33,267 nucleotides of DNA from a virus (IMGVR_UViG_3300017747_004125:1-33267), one strand, 5' to 3'. Counted from the first letter of the stretch, positions 15,517-24,087 are shown. Made by a program: numbers and translations. The notes: a model not told the origin generated them from the letters alone.

Positions 15517-16353
15517 ATGAGCATGCAGATTGCCAAGAACCAGCACCCCGTCGAGGGGTGGCTCTCCAACCCCGATAACTTCAGCAAGGTCGTCAACGCC
15601 CTGCCGACCCACCTCAATGCCGAGCGCATGCGCCGTCTCTACCTGACGGTGTTCAACAACAGCCCGGCTCTCAAGGCCTGCAACCCCGCGTCGGTCATCG
15701 GCTGCCTGCTCAAGTCTGCGCAGCTCGGCCTCGAGCCGGACGGTGGCAAGCTGTACCTCATCCCCCGCGGTGGTGAGTGCACGGTGCAGATTGGCTACCA
15801 GGGCTACATCGAGCTGGCGCGTCGGTCCGGTCAGATTGCCGCCATCGAGGCCAACCTCGTGTACGAGAGCGATGACTTCTCGATTGCCTACCACCTGGAC
15901 AGCAAGTTCGAGCACCGGCCGAACCTTCGCCGCGCGACTGACGACAAGGTGCTGGGTGTGTACTGCTACGCGAAGCTGACCTCTGGCGAGCGTCTGTTCA
16001 CATGGATGAGCCATGCCGATGTCGAGCATGTGCGTCGCACGAGCAGCGGCAACAGCTCTACCTGGACGAAGCACTGGGGCGAGATGGCGAAGAAGACGGT
16101 GCTCAAGCGCGCCGCGAAGATGCTGCCCTCTTCGATTGAGATGGCGGCTGCTATCGAGACCGAGGCCGAGCACGAGGGCTACCAGCAGGAGGCTCCTGTG
16201 GTGCAGCACACGGTGGTAACCACGCCCACGGCTGTTGGTGGTGCCCGTCTGCCCGCGCCTCCCCCGCCTGTCGAGGTCTCGGCCGAGGAGGTCGAGGTTG
16301 CCGAGCCAGAAGATTCTGGTGAGCCCGTCAACTTCGATGAGGTGCCGTTTTGA
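15517..16353 (+). CDS. recT: RecT-family single-strand annealing recombinase
   Basis: CNPASVIGCLLKSAQLGLEPD, YLIP, QIGYQGYIELARRSG, VYESDDF, W..HWGEMAKKTVLKRAAKMLP. Confidence 0.93.
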   Translation: MSMQIAKNQHPVEGWLSNPDNFSKVVNALPTHLNAERMRRLYLTVFNNSPALKACNPASVIGCLLKSAQLGLEPDGGKLYLIPRGGECTVQIGYQGYIELARRSGQIAAIEANLVYESDDFSIAYHLDSKFEHRPNLRRATDDKVLGVYCYAKLTSGERLFTWMSHADVEHVRRTSSGNSSTWTKHWGEMAKKTVLKRAAKMLPSSIEMAAAIETEAEHEGYQQEAPVVQHTVVTTPTAVGGARLPAPPPPVEVSAEEVEVAEPEDSGEPVNFDEVPF

Positions 16354-16667
16354 GTAAGTACCCTCACGCTAAGGCGGTCCTGACCGCTCGCATCGTGCAG
16401 CTGCATGGCACCCAGCACCGACTGGCTCAGCTCCTCGGTGAGAGCCGGCAGGTTCTGCTGCAACGTCAGCAGGCAGCCTGCGAGCATCCGAACAACCACC
16501 CATGGTGGTGCAACCTGCTCATCATGGAGTCTACCTGGCTCCTCGAGGAGGTTCGGGAGCGTCCGAGCCCTAACCCGACGCTGGTGGCTGCGGCCGTCGA
16601 GCTCAACGAGAACACCTACAACCAGTACCGCCGTGTTGGCGGTCGCCCCCGCAAGGTGAAGCCATGA
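16350..16667 (+). CDS. Hypothetical protein, possible HTH DNA-binding
   Basis: GTQHRLAQLLGESRQVL is HTH-like; basic GGRPRK tail; coupled to neighbours by overlaps on both sides. Confidence 0.55.
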   Translation: MSKYPHAKAVLTARIVQLHGTQHRLAQLLGESRQVLLQRQQAACEHPNNHPWWCNLLIMESTWLLEEVRERPSPNPTLVAAAVELNENTYNQYRRVGGRPRKVKP

Positions 16668-17275
16668 AGAAAGTCTACAAGCTGGTTGGCTTCGATTGGA
16701 CCAACAAGGCCGAAGCCATCAACTACATCTATCGCATGCGACCCTTCTACGACAACGGAGTGCGCATCAAGGGCCATGACGCACTGCTGCTCGTTGCTGC
16801 TACCGACCTGCACCCGGATGCATCTCAGAAGCGCGGCTGTGGCATCAGCCATTTCACGCTCGAGCAGGCTGGCAAGGACCGCTGCTTCTGTCTGCACCGC
16901 ACCGACGGCACCAGCACCGACATCAGCTTCAAGAACATCTTTGATGACCCTGCCAAGCGGGAGCGCAAGGACCGGCTCAATGCACTGCGTCAAGCTGTCG
17001 ACAACCAGATAGCACCGCTGCGCAAGCGTGGGATGCATGTGCACCATGTGATTCCATTCGCCACGTTGGTCGAGGGCTGGCTTGCCTCTCTTGGTCTGAC
17101 CCTCGAGCAGATTGAGGTCATTCCTACGGCCGACGGCGAGATGCGCTGTAAGATGGCCGATGGGTCGTTGAAGTATGACTGGTGGCTCTACCATGACAGG
17201 TACGCACGCTACGAAATCATGACGGCTGCGGCACACCGCGCTTTCAAGCACGAAAAGAAGGGGGGCAAGCCATGA
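16664..17275 (+). CDS. DCL/DUF3223-like domain protein with C-terminal HNH-like region
   Basis: HPDASQKRGCGISHF...RCFCLHRTDGTSTDISF matches the DCL signature HP....K.G.G...CF...R.DG...DFS; followed by HVHHVIPF. Confidence 0.75.
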   Translation: MKKVYKLVGFDWTNKAEAINYIYRMRPFYDNGVRIKGHDALLLVAATDLHPDASQKRGCGISHFTLEQAGKDRCFCLHRTDGTSTDISFKNIFDDPAKRERKDRLNALRQAVDNQIAPLRKRGMHVHHVIPFATLVEGWLASLGLTLEQIEVIPTADGEMRCKMADGSLKYDWWLYHDRYARYEIMTAAAHRAFKHEKKGGKP

Positions 17276-17685
17276 GCAGCGAACAGTTAGAGAACTTCGA
17301 AGAGTTGGCCCGCCGTGCCGTGGCGTGCAAGCGGTGGCGTTGGATGCCGGGGATGCTGCTGCTAACTGGCAATCGTATCAACTCCGTCAACACCCTCGCC
17401 GGCTGGTTCGATAATGAACTCCCCGACCTCAACGACCCTGCGACGCGCGGATGCGTGCTTGAGCTGGTGCGGGAGGCATTGCGGAAGCCGTCTATCTATC
17501 TCGCTCCGTTTTACACGAATACGGATGCCGGGCAGGTAGCATGGTGGGGGCTCGCAAATAATGTCGATTGGGAGCCGCAACCGCGCATTCAGTATCTCAC
17601 GACGTCGCAAGGCATCATTGACTACTACCTCGCCGCAGAGACCGAAGCGGCCGCCCTCGTCGTCGCACTGGAGGCCGCGCCATGA
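17272..17685 (+). CDS. Hypothetical phage protein (W.PGML / DL.DPAT.GC family)
   Basis: ATGA overlaps on both sides; motifs shared with 18102-18521. Confidence 0.7.
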   Translation: MSSEQLENFEELARRAVACKRWRWMPGMLLLTGNRINSVNTLAGWFDNELPDLNDPATRGCVLELVREALRKPSIYLAPFYTNTDAGQVAWWGLANNVDWEPQPRIQYLTTSQGIIDYYLAAETEAAALVVALEAAP

Positions 17686-17897
17686 CCTACCAGACCGCCA
17701 TCCAGGCTATCGTGGTGTCGAACAGCACCCGCACCGATACATACTGCGAAGACACGCCGGAGAACTTCGCCGTGCTCTACATGGAGGCGTCCGACCACTG
17801 GATTGGCGACGAATCTGGCGATCTTGTCTTTTTCTGCGACGAGCGAGGCAACGATTGGACGGTCCGCATCGCGCCGTCCACCACCGCACAATCATAA
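17682..17897 (+). CDS. Small acidic hypothetical protein
   Basis: GGAGG RBS, ATGA overlap, 71 aa. Confidence 0.6.
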   Translation: MTYQTAIQAIVVSNSTRTDTYCEDTPENFAVLYMEASDHWIGDESGDLVFFCDERGNDWTVRIAPSTTAQS

Positions 17898-17922
17898 AGT
17901 CACGCTTTACCATTGAGGCCAC

Positions 17923-18105
17923 ATGAACCCCTGTCTCCTACTCGTCGAGCCCCTCCGCACTACCACCCGCGTCTACTGCAAGCACTGCGGCTACGAGGGC
18001 ACCATTACCCTGCCGCTCGCGGCCTCTGAGCTCCCCAACCAGATGCTCTGTCACCAACTCGAGCACCAAGCGCACTCCCGGCTCATCAACCGAGGCAAGC
18101 CATGA
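17923..18105 (+). CDS. Small Zn-ribbon-like protein
   Basis: GAGG RBS; CKHC...HQLEH; overlap with the next gene. Confidence 0.55.
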   Translation: MNPCLLLVEPLRTTTRVYCKHCGYEGTITLPLAASELPNQMLCHQLEHQAHSRLINRGKP

Positions 18106-18521
18106 TGACCGACCTCGAGGCTTACGGAATCCGACTCATGCGCTGCCGCAGCGTGGCGTGGCAGCCAGGTATGCTCGCCATCGTGCCGCCCCGTCGTGAC
18201 GGCGCGACTGGATACACCGTCCGCGTCACCGAGGGCACCGGCCCTGTCAACGCGGTCAACGCCTACGCCGACCTCTCCGACCCTGCTACCCTCGGCTGCG
18301 CGGTGGAGGAGCGCGAGAAAGCGCGCAAGGCGTTGCAGGTGCTTGATGCCGAACTGGCTGACTTTGTGCAGCATGCCGAGAAGGACATGCCTGGCATTGA
18401 GTATCAGGCGATTGGCGCAGACATTCAGGGTCGCGTGAACAAGGCCGTGGAGCAGCTGCAGTACGCTGCCAAGAAGTGGTATCACTTTGCGAGCGAGGCA
18501 AAGCGCCGGGGGTTGGCATGA
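18102..18521 (+). CDS. Hypothetical protein, N-terminal half paralogous to 17272-17685
   Basis: WQPGML and ADLSDPATLGC, followed by a helical C-terminus. Confidence 0.65.
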   Translation: MMTDLEAYGIRLMRCRSVAWQPGMLAIVPPRRDGATGYTVRVTEGTGPVNAVNAYADLSDPATLGCAVEEREKARKALQVLDAELADFVQHAEKDMPGIEYQAIGADIQGRVNKAVEQLQYAAKKWYHFASEAKRRGLA

Positions 18522-18997
18522 CGCAGAAGCCGGTTTGGACCGGTAAGCCGGCCAATGATGCGAACACTATGCCTGACTTCAGATGCCCTAAGTGCTTCAA
18601 GTACAATTGGGTGGTGTTCGAGAAGGAAGGTTGTGATGGTCACACTTACTATGGCGTGACCTGCCACATCTGCGACACATGGGACGAGGATGTGCCTGAG
18701 TTCGATAAATGGAAGGTGCAGCGTCCAGGTGAGCGGTGGCCTCGTGTGTGGCGACTGACCAAGGAGGCAGCCATGCGCTTCTCAAATGAGGGCAAGTGGC
18801 TTGATAGGGCAAACCCTACGGCCGAGCCGACACCTCCGTGCAGCTACAGCGGGTGCACCGAGACCAAGACGCAGATGCATCACATTGCGCCTCGCTCTAT
18901 CTTCGAGGATGCTGACTGGTATCCTGTGGTTCCACTGTGCCGAGCGCATCATGTGGCTTTGCATCAACGGCTCGATGCATGGAAGGCAGGACGATGA
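18518..18997 (+). CDS. Zn-ribbon plus HNH endonuclease-like protein
   Basis: CPKC...CHIC, then CSYSGC...MHHIAP...VPLCRAHHVALH; start set at ATG 18518 (ATGA overlap). Confidence 0.7.
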   Translation: MTQKPVWTGKPANDANTMPDFRCPKCFKYNWVVFEKEGCDGHTYYGVTCHICDTWDEDVPEFDKWKVQRPGERWPRVWRLTKEAAMRFSNEGKWLDRANPTAEPTPPCSYSGCTETKTQMHHIAPRSIFEDADWYPVVPLCRAHHVALHQRLDAWKAGR

Positions 18998-19488
18998 GCA
19001 CCATCATCTACTCCGGCGTGGACCCCGGCAAGAGCGGTGCCATTGCGAGCATCAGCCAGGACGGCACCGTGCTCAAGGTGTCTCGCTTCATTCATGCCGA
19101 GACCGAGGGCCGTATCGCCCTCATCATTGCCGACCACTTCGCTGAGCTCGATGAGAATGCCATCCACGCAGCCACCATCGAGCGAGTCGGTGCCATGCCT
19201 CGGCAGGGTGTCTCGAGCATGTTCACTTTTGGAAGGGTGTACGGTGAAGCATGGGCCGGCCTCGTGCTCAGCAAGGCCCGCGTGATGTCGGTCACCCCAT
19301 CGACCTGGCAGCGTGACCTCCTGCTGCCCAAACGAGACTGCGTCACCAACCACAAGAAGACCCTCAAGGCAGAAGCCGAGACGCGCTGGGGCATGAAGAT
19401 GACCCTCGACATGGCCGACGCGCTGTGGCTTTCTGAATGGTCTCGTCTCAAGGGGCCGTGGTCGCGCGGCATGCACGCAGGAGGGTAA
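18994..19488 (+). CDS. RuvC-like Holliday junction resolvase
   Basis: GVDPGKSGAIA, IERVGAMPRQGVSSMFTFG, VTPSTWQ, MADALWL; start at ATG 18994. Confidence 0.85.
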   Translation: MSTIIYSGVDPGKSGAIASISQDGTVLKVSRFIHAETEGRIALIIADHFAELDENAIHAATIERVGAMPRQGVSSMFTFGRVYGEAWAGLVLSKARVMSVTPSTWQRDLLLPKRDCVTNHKKTLKAEAETRWGMKMTLDMADALWLSEWSRLKGPWSRGMHAGG

Positions 19489-19489
19489 C

Positions 19490-19888
19490 ATGGGCGAGGA
19501 CTGGACCAGACCACTAATGCCGACGGCTCACATGCTCGAGCTCTACTTTGGCGGCAAATGGGGTGCCCTGCACCAAGGCAGGGTGCTGCCCCTCGGCCCT
19601 CACACGGCTATCCCCCATGGCATGGCAGTGACCGCCACCTATGGCATGCTGCGCCTCACCCTGCGCCTCAATGAGGGCGGGCTGTTCATTGCCAGCCTCA
19701 CCTTTGATGAGCTCGAGGGTGCGCTCGTGCAGTCTGCCGGTGCCACCTTCACAGATGCCATCAGCAGCACGCTGCGAGCCTACAGCAACACGGTGAAGAG
19801 CCTGCCCCAGCCGACCACCAACCTGCCCGATGAGCGCGGCGCCTACTACCGCCAACACCTCACCCTCAAGCGGAGACAAGCCAAATGA
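19490..19888 (+). CDS. Hypothetical protein
   Basis: AGGAGGG RBS; tightly packed in the operon. Confidence 0.65.
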   Translation: MGEDWTRPLMPTAHMLELYFGGKWGALHQGRVLPLGPHTAIPHGMAVTATYGMLRLTLRLNEGGLFIASLTFDELEGALVQSAGATFTDAISSTLRAYSNTVKSLPQPTTNLPDERGAYYRQHLTLKRRQAK

Positions 19889-20034
19889 ATACCGCCTTCT
19901 CTCTTATGGCTGCCGGCGTGCAGCTCGTACCGGCCTCTCGCAAGGTTCCTGCCGACCCGTTCTTGGTTGCCTTCATGGTGGTGTTCTTCACCTATGTGAC
20001 GTGGCTGCTGTGGAGGTCGACCAAAGAGCCATGA
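19885..20034 (+). CDS. Small membrane protein (49 aa; not in the ORF track)
   Basis: MNTAFSLMAAGVQLVPASRKVPADPFLVAFMVVFFTYVTWLLWRSTKEP; ATGA overlaps at both ends; one hydrophobic helix. Confidence 0.6.
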   Translation: MNTAFSLMAAGVQLVPASRKVPADPFLVAFMVVFFTYVTWLLWRSTKEP

Positions 20035-20144
20035 TTGCAGCCCTCAACTACCTCCTGGACATCATCATGCGAGACCCGGTCATCGTGGTTCTCGGCATCA
20101 TCCTTCTCATCTCCTACTACGCAGACGCTATCGACCGTTGGTGA
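20031..20144 (+). CDS. Small membrane protein (37 aa)
   Basis: MIAALNYLLDIIMRDPVIVVLGIILLISYYADAIDRW; GGAGG upstream; ATGA overlap. Confidence 0.55.
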   Translation: MIAALNYLLDIIMRDPVIVVLGIILLISYYADAIDRW

Positions 20145-20149
20145 CCCGC

Positions 20150-21400
20150 ATGGACGCAAGACAGATTAGACGCAAGCCGAGGCCCGGCGAAGATGACATA
20201 GCGCGCCCTGACCGGCTCGAATCGATAGCCATGCGGCGTATCGTGGTCGAGATGGGTTACTGGCTCTCTCCGATGCTCAAGGACCACCCGCTGCCTGTGC
20301 TGAGCGAATGGGAGCGCACGGTTGACCTGACGGCGCTGCACAACCGTCCGGCATGGCAGCCGACCAAGATGGAGCAGAGCCTGTCGATGCTCGAGCGCCT
20401 GGACGCGCACCTGCCTCGCAAGACGGTGCCAGCGCCTCTGCTGCCTAACCAGGTTGGCTCGACCAACAGCCGGCACGACCACAATGCCAACCGCCGTGCG
20501 TTGATGTCATGGGAGCGCATGACCGATGCCGAGCGGGAGGCGTTCGAGGCCCGCAAGGAGGAGCGTCGCAAGCAGGATGTTCTCGACAGGCAGGCCCGCA
20601 TGCGTGAGACAGAGGCCGAGCTGCGGCAGGTGCTGACGGAAGAGGAGCAGGCGACTCGGCAAGCCAAGCGCGAGAAGGCTATGGCTGCGGTGCGTGCCGA
20701 GCGTGAGAGAGAGGCGGCACAGGCCGAGGCAGAGGCAGAGCGTCGCCGGCAGCGAGCAGAGAAGGAGCGGCAGCGGAAGCGCGACTCGCGCGCCCTGAAC
20801 CGCAGCCTCAACACGAAGCCTGAGCTCACCGAGGAGGAGAAGGCCGAGCACAAGGCCAAGCTGGCCCGCGAGCGAAAGCGCAGCCAGCGGGCCCGCATCA
20901 AGGCATCAAAGCCGGTGGTCGAGAAGGTGGTGCCAAAGGTAGTCGAGAAGGTCCGGCCTGCCGTGGACCTCAGCCACGGTAGCGGCATCAGCCCTCTCGA
21001 GCTGGCGAGGCAGGTGCCGTTGCATGACCTCATGACCAGGTACCTAGACCGCAAGATGGCGATTGCTCGCAACCGGGCAGCCCGCAGCGGCAAAACCATC
21101 GACGAGGCCGCCACCTATGCGGTCGAGGTCGAGCGGCTCGATGGTCACATCAACCAGAACCCCGACTTCCTGTATGATGACCGCGCGCGGGCGATAGCGC
21201 ACGACCGAGCCAACACCATCGTGGAGCGCGAGCTGCGCCGTGGCAGCATCCTGCCAGAAGAGGCCGCAGCCTACCGCCTGCAGCTCAGCCCGTTTAGGGA
21301 GCGCAAGGAGCAGCTCTCGACCATGACGGAAGCGGAGCGCGACGCCGAGAGACTAGCCAAGAAGCGCGCACGTCGCGCCGCAGCCAAGGGGAAAGCATGA
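20150..21400 (+). CDS. Large highly charged (E/R/K) helical protein of unknown function
   Basis: Long ORF of about 416 aa with repeated (M/L)T(D/E)(A/E)E motifs. The start is uncertain (GTG 20141 or ATG 20150). Confidence 0.7.
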   Translation: MDARQIRRKPRPGEDDIARPDRLESIAMRRIVVEMGYWLSPMLKDHPLPVLSEWERTVDLTALHNRPAWQPTKMEQSLSMLERLDAHLPRKTVPAPLLPNQVGSTNSRHDHNANRRALMSWERMTDAEREAFEARKEERRKQDVLDRQARMRETEAELRQVLTEEEQATRQAKREKAMAAVRAEREREAAQAEAEAERRRQRAEKERQRKRDSRALNRSLNTKPELTEEEKAEHKAKLARERKRSQRARIKASKPVVEKVVPKVVEKVRPAVDLSHGSGISPLELARQVPLHDLMTRYLDRKMAIARNRAARSGKTIDEAATYAVEVERLDGHINQNPDFLYDDRARAIAHDRANTIVERELRRGSILPEEAAAYRLQLSPFRERKEQLSTMTEAERDAERLAKKRARRAAAKGKA

Positions 21401-21843
21401 GCCAGCCATCGTACAAGAGAGACCCACTCACCTACCGCCGTGAGGTCATGGCCCGCACGCTAGCGGCCGACCTCGGCTACACATGGGGAGAGAGCGAGCA
21501 CCCATGGGCCGACTACCTGCTCACCAAGCCGGGCAACCACCTGCACTGCGTGTTACTCAAAGTCTACGAGTGCATGGCCCCCGGCACCGGCGACCTGTGC
21601 GTCGACGGCTCCGACTGGGTTGCCGGCAAGGCAGCGGCGCAGGCCCTCGGCTGCCAGTTCGCAGTAGCCAGGCGCACGCCCGACGGGGTGCAGATGATGA
21701 TAGACGGCCTCGACAACTCGGCTGAAGACATCGAGCTTGAGGTCAGAGGCGGCAACCTCGAGGTGCGCATCCTCTCCCAGTGGTTCCGGCCTAACGTGCA
21801 GCTGCCGAACGGTCAGACGTGGCAGCACTTGAAAGCAGATTAG
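21397..21843 (+). CDS. Hypothetical protein, possibly a degenerate PD-(D/E)XK nuclease fold
   Basis: ATGA overlap; ADYLL...VLLKV resembles D...(E)xK but lacks the acidic residue. Confidence 0.6.
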   Translation: MSQPSYKRDPLTYRREVMARTLAADLGYTWGESEHPWADYLLTKPGNHLHCVLLKVYECMAPGTGDLCVDGSDWVAGKAAAQALGCQFAVARRTPDGVQMMIDGLDNSAEDIELEVRGGNLEVRILSQWFRPNVQLPNGQTWQHLKAD

Positions 21844-21847
21844 GGGT

Positions 21848-21896
21848 GGTGTGACCGGCCCCCGTGAGGACCCGCATCCTTGAAACCGGCCACACC
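21848..21896. terminator. Stem-loop between the convergent early and late operons
   Basis: GGTGTGACCGG ... CCGGCCACACC inverted repeat (one mismatch) in the 59-bp convergent gap. Confidence 0.5.
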
Positions 21897-21902
21897 ATAA
21901 GC

Positions 21903-22301
21903 CTATGCGGGCGGCTGCTCACTCGGTTGAGGCGCTCGCTCACCTGCGCTGCCTCCGCTGCGACCTCCACCGTCAAAGACGTTAGCCATGGCCGAGCCGA
22001 GGATGCCCGTCATGACCAGCAGGATGTCTTTGCTCATCTGGAAGTACGATGAGCCGATGCCGTCGGTGTCGACGCTGTTGGGCACATACCAGTTCACGAG
22101 CGTGAGGATGCCAAGGAAGCCCATCAGCGCGGAAATGCCGAGGAAGATGAGGCGAAGGATAGAGAGCTTGCGGGCTGCCTTACGGTCGGCCGCAGCAATC
22201 TCGAGGGCGATGCCCCGATTGAGGCGCGCCACCTCGGCCTCGGCCACAGCAGCACGAGCCAGAGCATCAGACAGGGTGATAGAGGGGTCCTGCTCAATCA
22301 C
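21903..22301 (-). CDS. Two-TM membrane protein (lysis accessory / holin-like)
   Basis: Two hydrophobic segments (LIFLGISALMGFLGILTLV; ILLVMTGILGSAMANVF); last gene of the lysis cluster. Confidence 0.6.
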   Translation of the reverse strand: MIEQDPSITLSDALARAAVAEAEVARLNRGIALEIAAADRKAARKLSILRLIFLGISALMGFLGILTLVNWYVPNSVDTDGIGSSYFQMSKDILLVMTGILGSAMANVFDGGGRSGGSAGERAPQPSEQPPA

Positions 22302-22303
22302 GG

Positions 22304-22612
22304 CTACTCATCCCAGTGGTTGACCTGCTGCTCGAGCCGGCCAACACGTCTGTTGAGGTCCTGGACATCGTCAGCGAGGCGGTTGAGGGTAGCCGCATCG
22401 GGCATCTCCTCGAGGCGGCTGCGCATCTCCTTGACCTCGGCCCGCAGCTCCTTCCACTCCTCGCGCACGAGGTTGAAGGCGAAGGAGACGACCACGAGGA
22501 TGATGGTCGAGGCAATGGAGCCGATGACGGTGACGACGCGCCACATGGTAGGCAAGCCCACCACAGCCTTTGCAGCAATCGACTCCACTGAGCCAGTGGG
22601 GTTAGTCGCCAT
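22304..22612 (-). CDS. Single-TM plus coiled-coil membrane protein (lysis cluster)
   Basis: VVTVIGSIASTIILVVVSFAF followed by a heptad-rich coiled coil; start set at ATG 22612. Confidence 0.6.
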   Translation of the reverse strand: MATNPTGSVESIAAKAVVGLPTMWRVVTVIGSIASTIILVVVSFAFNLVREEWKELRAEVKEMRSRLEEMPDAATLNRLADDVQDLNRRVGRLEQQVNHWDE

Positions 22613-22850
22613 TGGTGTCGACCGACTTCTTAGCGTCTGCATCGAGAGCGCGCTCTACCTTGGTCTTGACCTCGACATTGCCGGCAAGGAGGCCAGAGAC
22701 GACCGAGCCGAGGCCCACCCACATGGCGATGGGTACGGCAGCCATGCCGCCTGTGGCAGCGGTAACGATGATGGGGATAGCGGCACCGAGCACGGCGCTG
22801 CTGGCGAGGCCGGCGTTGACCTTGCCCTTGCTGTTGGTGAACTTGAACAT
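22602..22850 (-). CDS. Holin-like protein
   Basis: AGGAG RBS before ATG 22850; two hydrophobic segments and a charged C-terminus; directly after the endolysin. Confidence 0.6.
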   Translation of the reverse strand: MFKFTNSKGKVNAGLASSAVLGAAIPIIVTAATGGMAAVPIAMWVGLGSVVSGLLAGNVEVKTKVERALDADAKKSVDTNGD

Positions 22851-22858
22851 CGTTACTC

Positions 22859-23629
22859 CTAAACGGTCTCTGGGTCGAACCAACCGACGGTCTTGCCGAC
22901 GATGTCAGCATCAGACCACTTGTGCGTCTTGCGGTACACGCCGTCACCCTCGCGAGAGCCAGCCGCGTTTGTGTTACCCTCGATGGTGTGCCAGCCGATG
23001 CCGTCGACGGCCACCACAATGCCAGTGTGACCTTGGCACCATGCACCCTTGCGAGCCGCTGCTGCAGCTGCAGGGTCCTGCGCTCTCGACCAAATCATGC
23101 CCGGCTTGACCTTGCTCTGATAGTCGGCCTCAACAGGGGTGACCTTCACGATGGTCTTGCTGTTGCTCGATACCTGGTAGAGCGAGACGGCCGAGCCAGA
23201 GCACCACTTAGGCGGCTTAGGCAGGCCCTTGCTGGTCATGACGCACCAGCTCACGAAGGCCGCGCACCAAGGCGAGCCCTTAGCCATGCCGAGGCACTTG
23301 AGGTACTTCTCGACATCCTCACCTGCGTTCTTGCCGACCTCTCGCACGCCCTTGTTGGCCTCGGCCGTGGCGGTAGCGATGAGAGCCAAGGCAGCCTCGG
23401 TGACGTTCTTGAGAGGAGGCGCCGCGGTGGTCTTAGCCGTGATGGCAGCGAGGGTAGCGGGACCGAGCTTGCCGTCGGCAGCGAGTCCGTGCTGAGCCTG
23501 CAGCGTGGCCACGGCAGACGCAAAAACAGGGGTCTTAGGGTCGAGCGTGCGAAGCGGTAGGGGTAGGTCTGCAACCTGCCAGAGCACCCCTGCCTTGCCG
23601 CTGTTGTAAGCCACTGCTGCGTCGGTCAT
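22859..23629 (-). CDS. Endolysin: peptidoglycan-binding domain plus CHAP amidase/peptidase
   Basis: LQAQHGLAADGKLGPATLAAI (PG_binding_1-like); PWCAAFVSW, GHTGIV and TIEGNT (CHAP Cys/His motifs). Confidence 0.88.
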   Translation of the reverse strand: MTDAAVAYNSGKAGVLWQVADLPLPLRTLDPKTPVFASAVATLQAQHGLAADGKLGPATLAAITAKTTAAPPLKNVTEAALALIATATAEANKGVREVGKNAGEDVEKYLKCLGMAKGSPWCAAFVSWCVMTSKGLPKPPKWCSGSAVSLYQVSSNSKTIVKVTPVEADYQSKVKPGMIWSRAQDPAAAAAARKGAWCQGHTGIVVAVDGIGWHTIEGNTNAAGSREGDGVYRKTHKWSDADIVGKTVGWFDPETV

Positions 23630-23632
23630 GGT

Positions 23633-24064
23633 CTAGTCCTTCTTGCGTCGGCCCCGCTTGGCAGGTGCCTCGGTGTTGTCGGTAGAGAGTGCCTTCACTT
23701 CTGCCCCAATGGCCTTTCGGATGGCGGCTGCGTCCTGCTTTGCCTTGACCCACGCGGGCTGCTCGAGGTTGACCACCTTGCCGATGAGCACATCCTTCGG
23801 CTGCTCTTCCTTGAACTCCCACTGAATGCCTGCCGAGGTCGGGATGTTGACCACCTTGAGAGGCTGCCCGGCATTCTCGACCCGCTCACGAAGCGCGGCA
23901 GTGATAGCCTCAAGCGCAGCCAGAACAAGCGGCTCGTCAAAGTACTTAGTCACAACCTCGATGTGCATGTTGCCGGGGGTGACCACGGTGACGCCGTCGC
24001 GCGTGGAGTAGGCCGTGCAGTGCTTGAGCTCGCTGAAGATGCTGTTGAGGAGGTGTAGGCTCAT
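23633..24064 (-). CDS. Hypothetical protein
   Basis: 143-aa ORF between tail and lysis genes; basic C-terminus PAKRGRRKKD. Confidence 0.65.
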   Translation of the reverse strand: MSLHLLNSIFSELKHCTAYSTRDGVTVVTPGNMHIEVVTKYFDEPLVLAALEAITAALRERVENAGQPLKVVNIPTSAGIQWEFKEEQPKDVLIGKVVNLEQPAWVKAKQDAAAIRKAIGAEVKALSTDNTEAPAKRGRRKKD

Positions 24065-24087
24065 GGTCTCGTGCGGGGGTTACGGGG

